Shown here: in pieces, positions 39,841 through 51,920 of the stretch
Layout: every line of letters starts with the position of its first letter
Numbering within the stretch: the stretch's first letter is position 1
NCBI RefSeq assembly: GCF_022045235.1
Contig: NW_027266264.1
Location: forward strand, 77,500,001-77,564,000
Reading direction: 5' to 3'
Origin: Haliotis cracherodii
Taxonomy: Eukaryota
Length of the DNA stretch: 64,000 nt
Program-made: the position numbers and the translations under genes
Notes under the pieces: model-generated
Seen by the model: the letters and a program-made list of their open reading frames with translations, nothing else
Databases searched by the model: none
Told to the model about the DNA's origin: nothing

Positions 39841-41093
39841 CATGATGATGAGTCCATTACGAGCAACAAAGGTTCCAAAATAACACGTACGTTCAATGTA
39901 GAGAATGGCATACTGAATAAAATACAAATATCCTCGAACATAAACAGTTTAACATATTTTTTGTTAGTAAACCATTATTTCCACATGAAATTAGTTCGTC
40001 AACAATGACAGTGAAAGCAAGAAGCTCCGTTACTGCCAAGTGGTGTACAACAACACAGGTGAGTGGAATTTTTCTGTCAGCTAAGTTACGACAATATACA
40101 TACAGCCAAGGTAGAAAATACTTTACACACCTACATTAACTGGTACAGCAAGAAAGGTTTGGTAAATATCAGTGAAGGATATATATTTAGACTACTTCAA
40201 AGTCAAGCCAACACATTCATTTGCTTGCCAGAGTACTGAATAGCGGAGATAGCCTAGTCGGTCAAGGTGCGACTATTCACTCTGCAGAGTAGCCTCCCTC
40301 AGGCGTTCCAGAATCTTATGGTCATGGTTTCCAAACCCAGATTGGTCCCGATTCTTGGTTTGTCATTACCATACCCGAGTTTGCTTCACAAAAGAGCCCA
40401 AAATCTCGGACCTGCACAACTTTGCGCTTTCATCCACGCTGTGTTTCATTGAAAGATAACTGAAATAGTATTGATAATAATTGTTCATAGTAACTTTAAA
40501 CCAAACTTACTCATTCGGGTTTACAGGGGAACATAGAAGGGACGCGGATCCAGTTCTGCATGTTTTCGGATAATTTCCATAAACGGAAGCTTCAATAATA
40601 CCACTTAGCGACCGGTTTTCAATTGTCTAGTTTGCATAGAAAATTAGCGATTTGAAAACATTAAATAATGACCCAATTCGCAGCCATTATCAATAAAGAA
40701 GGTTCGCTTATATAACAATTACCTCTAATATTACATGCAAATGTATTAATATACTTACTGTGACTATATTAAACGACAAAACTAAATGGTAGGAATGGGG
40801 CAATTTCACTAGACTAGTACGATATTAATCTCACAATGACATAACACTTATCATTGTATTGGCAAGACGCGTATAGAAACAGTATAAAATATTTATTGCA
40901 CTTGGTACAATTCAGTGATAAATATATAAAAATGTGACACTATGGAGACAATTGCGTCAGGAATTGCATAATCGTACGAAAAAGCTGAGGTGTAGTAGAT
41001 GAACTGCGAACAATGAGCAGGTGGCAGCGAACAGTGCGGCAGTGGGCAGTGAACAGTGCGGCAGGTGGCAGTGAACAGTGCGGCAGTGTTCTT

Positions 41094-43859
41094 TCACAAA
41101 CAGCTGTAGATGAGACCTGGAATCTGTCCGTGTTCCACGTCTGTACTGTTCTTGCTCTTTGAGGATGAATAAAACGTCCAGCAGACGTCGTCTTTGACGC
41201 ATGTAGATCGTCCCCTGCACCCCCTTCTAGAATCAGGCCCGCAAACATTCAACACAATTGTATATTTCAAATCCTTGGTCAAATGCAATGGGGTCTCAAA
41301 AAGCACGTCCATGAAGTGCTCTTGGGCGCTGACCAAAACTGTTTTCTCCACATAAGACCCCTCCAATACATTCCCGCCTTTGAAAAACGTATGGGACAGA
41401 TAATCTTGTCGCAGATCCTCTTCAATACTGCATTCGACTGAATACGATAAAATGCCGTTTGCATCTGGGGTTGGGAAGGCTCCATATAGCATGACACCCA
41501 GCAGTTCCACTGGCGTGTCGCACGAGAATGATATGGCGTCACTCCGTTTCTCATTGAATGTCCACGAAAGAGATTCCTCTGTCTTCAAAAACCGGTTTAC
41601 TCTGGTTGGAAGCTGTTTACGAGGTCGTGCCGACATAGACGATGCGGTACATTCATCAATGTCAATTCTAGTGTCAAAGAAAGGTCGTAGTAGACTAAGC
41701 CAGTCTTTATCTAATATTCCTATGCACAGTTCAAACGACTTCAGTCCAATCAGTGGAAATCGCACGTAGTTGATAGAATCTCCTAACACATCACATTTGG
41801 AATCAGGAGTTATCTCCCTTCCCTGTCTCACGCATTCAGCCTCCGACCACCAGAGGACAGCACAAAACACGCTCATTTCGTCTGCTCGCAAATCGTCTGA
41901 TTCGAGTATTCTGTTCAGACATTGTCTTGACATTTCCTTAAAGCTTAAAGACTTGAAGACGTCCAGAGCGTTGACAGTGATGACTCGTAGTGCCGTGCCA
42001 GCAAGGTCTTCCTCATTGTAGAGATGCGCTTGTTCTAAGATGTCACACGCATTGTCGGCATTGAGGACGGAGTCTAAGAAACTCACACATTTTTCACTAA
42101 GGGACTTCACGGAGTACTTCTTCGCAGCATACAATAAACCGGTCACGCTGTCTGTGGTCAGTTCCACGCTGTTGCTGTACAGGTACCTGGAAGGAGACAG
42201 GACATTGTATTCATTGACTACGGATCTGCTTAAAATTGAGTGAGTGAGTTGGGTTTAACGCCGCTTTTAACATTATTCCAGTAATATCACGGCGTGTTAG
42301 CTTAATGTGGGAGGAAAGCCCCAAGTGATGTAGGTCTCAGACGTTTACCACTTCGGTGAAACCCACGAGCACGGGTATGGTGCTGACAAACCTAGAAACA
42401 TAATTGGGGCGAATAGGGATTCGAACCCACGATCATAGATTTTATGGCGTGCCCAAGGGACGCAACTCTGCACAGCGAATCGCGGCGCCTTAGACGACTG
42501 GGACACCCGTGCCCCCGGATATGCTTAAAAGTACCCAACTTGTTATATATAACATAGAGGGTAAGTTTGTTTTAACGCTGCTTTGAAAAGTATTCCAGTT
42601 ATATCACAGCGTGTTAGCTTCATTTAGGGAGGAACGCTCGAAGCCATACGGACGTTTACTACTTCAGGTATGGTGTTGACAAACCTAGAAACATGATCAG
42701 GACGAACCGAGATTTGAACCTACAATCACAGATTCCTGGCGTTTCTTAGGGAGCTATATAAAAGTACGAGTAAAGTAGTGTGGTTTCACGACAATTTATT
42801 CAGTTTACATTCCAGTCATAAACGACAGAGATATCATAATTGAATTCACACATTTTCCATGTTGAGAATCGAACCTGAGTTTTCGGCGTGACGACGAACA
42901 CTTGACCACACGTCGCCGTCAATAGCTAACATACACTGCATTGGTAGTAAACTCAAAGATGCGCGTTTAAAATCTAATATAAGCAATTACGCGGCAACTA
43001 TCTAAAACAGCCTTGTTTCTCTTCAGAGGATACAGAGGATAATATCGGGTGAGTTCGGTTCAACGTCGCCTCGAACGATATTTAAGTTATCTTTCCTCTT
43101 AGCACACGTAGAGGACGAACATAAATAAATATTATTACAGATTCATAATCATGTCTACGTGTAAGCTACGAATCTCTGTTCGCATATAGTCATCACCTAT
43201 CATATTAGTATCAGTATAAGCCTTAATTGATCTCAATATATTCTGAAATACCTATATTATTATCGGTCGTCAGAAAAAGGATCAGCTTCATAAATGAGTG
43301 CCACAGACTTCGGAACCAAAATCTCAGGCCCCAAAACACCCAAAAACATTGCCCACCACTGTCTTCCTTGGTTACCCCCTTTAATGTTGATTGTCATGTT
43401 ACACCTAGTTTTTCATGTCTTTTCCAGTCATTACCGTCACTCGATACCTCTTTGTATTTCTTACAATAGGTGAAGCCTATTTCTGGTGTCCCTAAATGTG
43501 ATATTGCTGGAACATTGCGCTAAACGCGGCGTAAAACCGCACTCATTCATTCTTTGTATTTTTCGTTTAGGTTATTCACAAGCCGCATCATACCTTAAGA
43601 AACTGTGAAACACATCCGAGTCAATTTCTGGGATCTCAACTTCAGCTTTCTCCGCGAGGGGACCATAAAACATGGAAAAAAACACAGAACTCCTGCTGAC
43701 CAGAATGTACTTGTGCGCCATTATTATCTCCCTTTTAAGACCAACGCGGAAACTGACGTCACAAGCAATCTTGTGTGTCAACATCGTCAAATTCGTCTCA
43801 GCAAAGTCAGTGGCAGACTGCCAGTCTTGGGGGTCACTGACTGTGTAGGTCTTCGCCAT
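41094..43859 (-). CDS. BTB/POZ-BACK-PHR domain protein, BTBD3/BTBD6-like (452 aa; exons 43859-43594 and 42186-41094)
   Basis: BTB motifs DWQ...CDVSFRVG...AHKYILVSRSSVFFSMFYG...EIPEI. A phase-2 intron (AAG|GTATGA ... CCTTCCAG|G) restores FLRYLYS. BACK region NACDILEQA..., VRFPLI. PHR region VNRF...DAISF...GVMLYG...TDVEHGQIPGLIY. AATAAA at ~40892-40897. Confidence 0.93.
42238..42518 (-). mobile_element. tRNA-derived SINE in the BTB gene intron (partial sisters at ~42560-42750 and ~46650-46790)
   Basis: Minus-strand head ggtgtcccagtcgtctaaggcg...gggttcgaatccc; tail gcggcgttaaacccaactcactcactc. Confidence 0.7.
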
Positions 43860-44274
43860 TGTCTGCTCAATCTGAAAACCAAACACATAGATCTATTGAG
43901 TACATTACCAACTGGGTGTATAAGCCTGTATGCTGTGGAGCTGCAGAGCAATTCAGAACACCTGAGTCATGGTAATTCTCGACTTTCATTAATAGGGTTT
44001 ACATATTAATGTAATTCACGTACATTCTCATCACACACCTGAATGTCCTGAATAATTAACAGATGAATGGTTGGCCATAATGTGCCTTTATCTGCAATAT
44101 TGTCATAATCAATTCAACTTTGTTATTGTTTAATACGGGTCTTCGTTATTTATATAACCTACATTATATTGACCTCTGGGTGATCAGGAGACACGGATTA
44201 ATCTTCATCGGGGACCTAGACAAAACTGGAACTATAAGTCACCTCATTTAGAATATACCTCTTGGTAGTTTTCT

Positions 44275-44543
44275 TCTGTTTGGGTTTGTTTTGTTTTTTG
44301 GTCTAACGCCGCGATCAGCAATATTCCAGCTATGACACGGCGGTCTGTAAATAATCGAGTCTGTACAAGGTGATCCAGAGATTGACATCCTGAGCATCGA
44401 TCTACACAATTGGGATACGATGACATGCATGAACCAAGTCAGCGAGTCTGACAAGCCGATCCCTTAAGTCGCCTCTTACCACAGGCATAGTCGCTTTTTA
44501 CACAGCAAGCATGACCTATTCTACCCCGGATCTTCACGGGTCT
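44275..44543 (-). mobile_element. SINE-like repeat
   Basis: Same family as 222-470; ends gatcttcacgggtc on the plus strand. Confidence 0.8.
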
Positions 44544-44974
44544 CTTGGTAGTTTGAACAGAAGTTAGTTTGATAATCGACGTACATCACATTGTAAGTGC
44601 TATAATCTTACCTCTCCTCATTAGGAGTTCACACTGATGAAAAGAAAACTTCTTACATCTTACATCGTTAATTAAGATGATTGCACTAATAGTTTGTATT
44701 GTATCGATTATTCAACACATACATTGTACATGACACTGTGCAGGCCTAGCGATCTGAAGCTACATTGACCAAAAGGCATATAAAACATTATCAAAAGATA
44801 TCTGTCATCTATCCAAGGCAGATATGTTAATGTCTGTCGTGATACCTGCACGTATTTCACGGAAAACATGCAATAATATACATTTCGGGAATATCGGGAA
44901 ATTTTGTCTAACTCTCCTTTTTGTCAATAAGAGAAATGGAGTGGTTTTAAGTTGGTGATTCTTTTATCGCCGCC

Positions 44975-45225
44975 TTGGTTTCGGTTTTTTTGGGTTGTTA
45001 AACGCCGCACTCAGCAATATTCCAGCTATACGACGGCGGCCTGTAAAAAAATCGAGTCTGGACCAGACAATCAAGTGATTGACATCATGAGCATCGATCC
45101 ACGCAATTGGGATAAGATGACATGCATCAACCAAGTCAGCGAGCCTGACCACCCGACCCCGTTAAGTCGCCTCTTACGGCAAGCATGTGATGCTGAAGAC
45201 CTATTCTACCCTGCATCTTCACGGG
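44975..45225 (-). mobile_element. SINE-like repeat
   Basis: Same family as 222-470. Confidence 0.8.
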
Positions 45226-45899
45226 CCTTATCGCCGCTTTGAAGGGTATTTCAGTCACACTTATCAGCACATCAGCTTGATGTGATAATCCCAAATATGG
45301 GCACACAATAAACGCTTCATCAGTTGTTTGGTGTGTATTCACCACGTTCTATAATAGCCAATAATTAAGGGGGCTGCGAATCAATCCAAATGTTATCACT
45401 CATTTTCACTGTGTATCAGTTACGTACACGAGATAATTACACGTACTAACCTTTATAATTCTCCTGTCTACTAGTGATTCAATCCAGCATCAATTTGTTC
45501 TTCGTTTGTCTTCATCGCTTATCGACAGCGGCGTAACTGTCAACAACTGTGCCTTACTGCATGTACAGTCTCTACTTCCTACTATAAAGGTCAAGGCTGA
45601 TTGCATCAGCCAACCGGTATGTGTGGAACCGAAACCGGTTTGTTTACTCTCAGTTGTACGAAATATCAGTGAAGACTTGCGTTTGACGACGTGACTGCGG
45701 ACATGTCCGGCTACTGTCAGTTAACTTTAATGTCTAGTCTATTCTAGATAGTTGCGTCACTGGGATTGGGATGTAGATGATTGTGACTACCTGTACATGA
45801 CATAGTGCACGGAGGTTGTAAGATTGAGATTACAGATGTGGCATAGAGTGGGGTTTTCATAACAAGAAAATTATAATATATCATAGAGCAGGCGTGTGA

Positions 45900-46247
45900 T
45901 AGGCGTTTATTATACAACATAGATCTGTTATAAGGGTGTTTGTTATATAACATTGAGCTGTTATAAGGGGTGTTTATTACTCAACATTGAGCTAGTTATA
46001 AGGGGTGTTTATTACACAACACTGAGCTGGTAAAAAGGGGTGTTTATTACACAACATTGGGCTAATTATAAGGGGTGTTTATTATACAACATTGAGCTGG
46101 TAAAAAGGGGTGTTTATTATACAACATAGAGCTGGTTTGAAGAGTGTTTATTATACAACATAGAGCTGGTTGTAAGTGATGTTTATAATACAACATAGCG
46201 CTGGTTATAAGGAGTGTTTATTACACAGCATAGGGCTAGTTATAAGG
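45900..46247. repeat. 35-bp minisatellite, ~10 copies
   Basis: Consensus approximately ggggtgtttattatacaacattgagctggttataa; tgttt recurs every 34-35 nt. Confidence 0.9.
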
Positions 46248-46450
46248 ACCGCCTCCGTGGTCTAGTGGTAGGTTCGATCCCCGGCCGGTCATACCAAAGG
46301 CGTTAAAAGATGGTACTTGTTGTTACCCTGTCTGGCGCTCGGCATTAAGGGGCTAAAACAAGGACTGGTCGGCTCGGAGTCAGTATACTGTGTCTGAGTG
46401 GGGTATTCATGTTACACTGCGGCATGGTATGACGAGTACAAGCACACACA
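46248..46450 (+). mobile_element. Internally deleted copy of the 39456 tRNA-SINE
   Basis: gaccgcctccgtggtctagtggta joins directly to ggttcgatcccc; the body matches 39530-39670. Confidence 0.8.
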
Positions 46451-47127
46451 TAGTTTGTGTGGAGTAAGTTTTGTACAAATGATGGCGACGTCGTCTATTA
46501 TTTTCATATATTACCATCCAAAGAAATCATATCATGTGCATGGGATTTGTCGAGTTGCATCACTAGTTTGAACTTCGGGCAAACTGCCCAATGTTTTTCA
46601 TGAGAAGCGACTTAAGGAGGTTCACATGTTCACGTTGACGTCTAAGTAAGTGAGTGAGTGAGTGAGTTGGGTTTAACGCCGCTTTTAACCGTATTCCAGT
46701 TATATCGCGGCGTGTCAGCTTAATGTGGTAGGAAAGCCCGAAGTACGGGTATGGTGCTGTCAAACCTAGAAACATAATCGGGGCGAACCGGCACCTCCCA
46801 GGAAGACACATCCTCAGATTGAAAACTAGTGAATACCATCTTACACTTTCACCTGGCTGATTGTGTGTCATCGTACCTCAGCAGCACGGAGCATTGCTCC
46901 CACTATCAACCACTGGTTTGTATAGTCCAGGGTACTTACACATCACGCAGTTAATGATGGCAAACAACACAAATCACACACCACTGACGGATAGGTCTAG
47001 CTAAATAAAACTAGAAACGCTCGTAAAATCATATTGTTCTGTCCAAAATGCACCATTCGGCTGCCAAACATGTATTCATGGCTGCCGTTCTACAAGCTTC
47101 GATTTTTGGTGATGTGTATACATGTTA

Positions 47128-49592
47128 AGTAGCGTCAATAATAATATAGTGGCGTCACCAGAATAGTAGCGTCAACAATACAGTAGCGTCACCATTACAG
47201 TAGGGTTAACAATATGGTTGCGTCAACAGTATAGTCAGGTTAACACTATGGTAGCGTCAACAGTATAGTAGCGTCAACAATACAGTAGCGTCACCATTAC
47301 AGTAGGGTTAACAATATGGTTGCGTCAACAGTATAGTCAGGTTAACACTATGGTAGCGTCAACAGTATAGTAGCGTCAACAATACAGTAGCGTCACCATT
47401 ACATTAGGGTTAACAATACGGTAGCGTCAACAGTATAGTAGCGTCAACAATACAGTAGCGTCACCATTACATTAGGGTTAACAATACGGTAGCGTCAACA
47501 GTATAGTAGCGTCAACAATACAGTAGCGTCACCATTACAGTAGGGTTAACAATATGGTAGCGTCAACAGTATAGTAGCGTCAACAATACAGTAGCGTCAC
47601 CATTACATTAGGGTTAACAATACGGTAGCGTCAACAGTATAGTAGCGTCAACAATACAGTAGCGTCACCATTACAGTAGGGTTAACAATATGGTAGCGTC
47701 AACAGTATAGTAGCGTCAACAATACAGTAGCGTCACCATTACATTAGGGTTAACAATACGGTAGCGTCAACATTATAGTAGCGTCAACAATACAGTAGCG
47801 TCACCATTACATTAGGGTTAACAATACGGTAGCGTCAACAGTATAGTAGCGTCAACAATACAGTAGCGTCACCATTACATTAGGGTTAACAATACGGTAG
47901 CGTCAACAGTATAGTAGCGTCAACAATACAGTAGCGTCACCATTACAGTAGGGTTAACAATATGGTAGCGTCAACAGTATAGTAGCGTCAACAATACAGT
48001 AGCGTCACCATTACATTAGGGTTAACAATACGGTAGCGTCAACAGTATAGTAGCGTCAACAATACAGTAGCGTCACCATTACAGTAGGGTTAACAATACG
48101 GTAGCGTCAACAGTATAGTAGCGTCAACAATACAGTAGCGTCACCATTACATTAGGGTTAACAATATGTTTGCGTCAACAGTATAGTAAGGTTAACGATA
48201 TGGTAGCGTCAACAGTACAGTAGGGTTAACAGTATGGTAGAGTCAACAGTATAGTAGGGTTAACAATATGGTAGCGTCAACAGTATAGAAGGGTTAACAA
48301 TATGGTAGCGTCAACAGTATAGAAGGGTTAACCATATGGTAGCGTCAACAGTATAGTAGAGTTAATCATATGGTAGCGTCAACATTATAGCAGGGTTTAC
48401 TATATGGTAGCGTCAACAGTATTGAAGAGTTAACAATATGGTAGCGTCAACAATATAGTAGAGTTAACAATATGGTAGCGTCAACATTATAGCAGGGTTA
48501 ACAATATGGTAGCGTCAACATAATAGCATGGTTAACAATATGGTAGCGTCAACAGTATAGAAGGGTTAACAATATGGTAGCGTCAACAGTATAGTAGTGT
48601 TAACAATATGGTAGCGTCAACATTATAGTAGGGTTAACAATATGGTAGCGTCAACAGTATAGTAGGGTTAACAATATGGTAGCGTCAACATTATAGTAGT
48701 GTTAACAATATGGTAGCGTCAACATTATAGTAGGGCTAACAATATGGTAGCGTCAACAGTATAGGAGGGTTAACAATATGGTAGCGTCAACAGTATAGTA
48801 GTGTTAACAATATGGTAGCCTCAACATTATAGTAGTGTTAACAATATGGTAGCGTCAACAGTATAGTAGGGTTAACAATATGGTAGCGTCAACATTATAG
48901 TAGTGTTAACAATATGGTAGCGTCAACATCATAGTAAGGTTAACAATATGGTAGCGTCAACAGTATAGTAGTGTTAACAATATGGTAGCGTCAACATTAT
49001 AGTAGTGTTAACAATATGGTAGCGTCAACAGTATAGTAGGGTTAACAATATGGTAGCGTCAACAGTATAGAAGGGTTAACAATATGGTAGCGTCAACATT
49101 ATAGTAGTGTTAACAATATGGTAGCGTCAACATCATAGTAAGGTTAACAATATGGTAGCGTCAACAGTATAGTAGGGTTAACAATATGGTAGCGTCAACA
49201 TTATAGTAGTGTTAACAATATGGTAGCGTCAACATCATAGTAAGGTTAACAGTATGGTAGCGTCAACATTATAGTAGGGCTAACAATATGGTAGCGTCAA
49301 CAGTATAGAAGGGTTAACAATATGATAGCGTCAACAGTATAGTAGTGTTAACAATATGGTAGCGTCAACATTATAGTAGTGTTAACAATATGGTAGCGTC
49401 AACATTATAGTAGTGTTAACAATATGGTAGCGTCAACATCATAGTAAGGTTAACAGTATGGTAGCGTCAACATTATAGTAGGGTTAACAATATGGTAGCG
49501 TCAACAGTATAGACGGGTTAACAATAGGGTAGCGTCAACATTACAGTAGTGTTAACAATATGGTAGCGTCAACAGTATAGTAGCGTCACCAT
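47128..49592. repeat. 17-bp satellite (gtagcgtcaacagtata and variants) with 102-, 68- and 34-bp higher-order repeats
   Basis: Monomers read directly; for example the 68-bp unit at 47421 recurs at 47489. Confidence 0.95.
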
Positions 49593-50767
49593 CTGTTAAT
49601 CGTTTTCAGTATAGTTTGCCTTGTGTACATTCAATCTCCCGCTGTGGTAAAGCATTACCTACATTGTTCACAAAAAACCCGTTATCGAAACGAAAATATT
49701 AATGTATAAACAGCGATTTCTTTTATCAAACAGGGAGTATTTGTATTCATTTAGCTGGAACTTTTATCCTGGTTATTTATTTTGTTAATCACTATCGCAT
49801 TCTTGGCAGGCCGACAGACGGGGGGAACATGGATCAAATCAACCTATTACAAGAGAGGAAGTCATTTTGCCCAGACCACATGTCACGTGCCGGCAATGTT
49901 TGTGACGTACGTGCTGTCATACCGGCAGTAGATTAAAAGAGTTCCGTTCACGAACGTGACAACAATTTTACAGCTCGGCGTGACACGAGAAGAATAATAC
50001 GAGATCGCGCCGGAGTTGATTTGAATCTAGCGATCTTACACGTGGTCGCCAGGAGGCGGGGCCATACTAGCGGAACATTTGTAACACTTCGCTGATCATG
50101 TCTTTACTTCTAACAAAAGTAAAAAAATGAACATCGGTGTTTCCAACAAATATTATTTGTACAAATTCATGCGCGGTTGTTAATAAATATGATTTGTAAT
50201 ACAACAATACTGAATTAATAACAAACTTAATTTGTAGAAAAACGTCCATAGCTATTTCATGTCCACTGATTTACCCACCTGAATTACATGTGGAAATACA
50301 TTAGACCCGTGAAACCGACTCATCTCGTTCATATTTAGTTCTATGCATAAATATTCTGTAACAATAAAGTATCCACAAGACCAAAAGTCAACTTTCTCAG
50401 TATGTCCAGCAATATTCCAGTCTTTGGTGACTACATTTCACAACATTTTAAGCACAATCAAGTATTTCTTTCGTCAAAGAGCATCTAACGACTATTGCTC
50501 AAAAGTTGTTTCATCAGGGCTACGGCATTCGAGGCCTTTCTGAGACTTTCAAAAGGTTTTACGATAGATATTTGGAGGTCATTTCCAATTTGACTCTTCA
50601 GTGACAATAATAGCGCAAATCCCTATTTTGACATGTACCATACGTTTTCGTGTTTCAGGTGATCAATTACTTGTCCTGTCATGCGTTTGGGACGGGTGCC
50701 ACCGATGGGCCAGGATACTCTCGTCTTTTCGCGAACACCTGGTGTCATCACTATTTGATAGTGATTC

Positions 50768-50912
50768 ATAAAAGAAGGTTTCTTTGTGTCATCCCGGCCA
50801 TTGTTTTCTTTGTCGCTCTGGGCACTGGTTTCTTTGTGTCATTTTGGACACTAGCTTCTTTGTGTCATTTCGGGCACTGGTTTCTTTGTGTCATTTTGAA
50901 CACTGGGTTGTT
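50768..50912. repeat. Short diverged cluster (~5 units) of the 26-bp satellite monomer
   Basis: gggcactggtttctttgtgtcatt repeats about 1 kb upstream of the main array. Confidence 0.85.
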
Positions 50913-51920
50913 TTTCATACACATGCGTATAAAGTACGGATACATTGGACGCTGCCTCTCGCAGACACTTCTTAAGAAGATGGAAAATTGAAAGATATCA
51001 GATCATCGATACACCTCAGGATGATGAATGTTTTGGTCACATTTCCTTGTTTTGATCTTGTTCCCTTGTTGAACAAAGGACTTGCCCTTGCAAGTCTATT
51101 CCAAGACGGCTGCCTTTATTGCAAGAATCCCGGTTCGCCCTGATTATGTTTAAGGTTTGTCAGCACTATACCCGTGGTCGTGGCTTCGTCTAAGACCAAC
51201 ATCACTTGGGCCTTTCGCCCCATATCACTCCCTGATGTATCTGAAATAATGTTCAAAGAGGCGTAAAACCAAACCCACTAATTCATAAGGTAAACTAATG
51301 AAGTGTCATATCTATGTAAATACTCAAGATACACATGTATCACACAACTTGTGTTTTCGCTTTAATAAAAATACCTTTAACATTTCACAAATGTATTTCA
51401 ACCCTATGTCTTTTTTATATTTTTTAATACTTGCTCAAATGTCGGAATATGAGAACACATGTCTCACATCCCTGAACTCCTCGACGCTCTGTCCAAATAT
51501 CGTATCTCGCACCTGTTAATGTTTACTGATATTTAATGACTGTGTCAGATTTATCAGAAAGGGCAGCTGTTTTGTCACTTAAGACACATCAAACGTTTAG
51601 TTTCTTGCGTTTTTTATGTAAATATTGCAATATCAAATACCCAAGGGAGTTGACGCATCTGCTTCTCGATGTATTAACAGTCGTATATTTGCTTACCAAG
51701 CTGAAACCTGTTTAGAATTGCCATACTGGTGGCCAGGAGAGGCGATTATATGAATGAACAGTTCTGTTAAATTTCATCGTTAATACGAAGGAACACTTAG
51801 ATATGTCGGTATATGTGTGATTGTATAGTGTTACACCAGGTTCAATTGGCTCCGCTGTAACCCATGCGTAAGATTGGAACAGAAATGAGATCCATTACTT
51901 GGGAAGTAAATGCATCTTCG

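Noticed and set aside
47128-49592. CRISPR-like appearance of short regular repeats
   Set aside because: No unique spacers, no cas genes, eukaryotic context.
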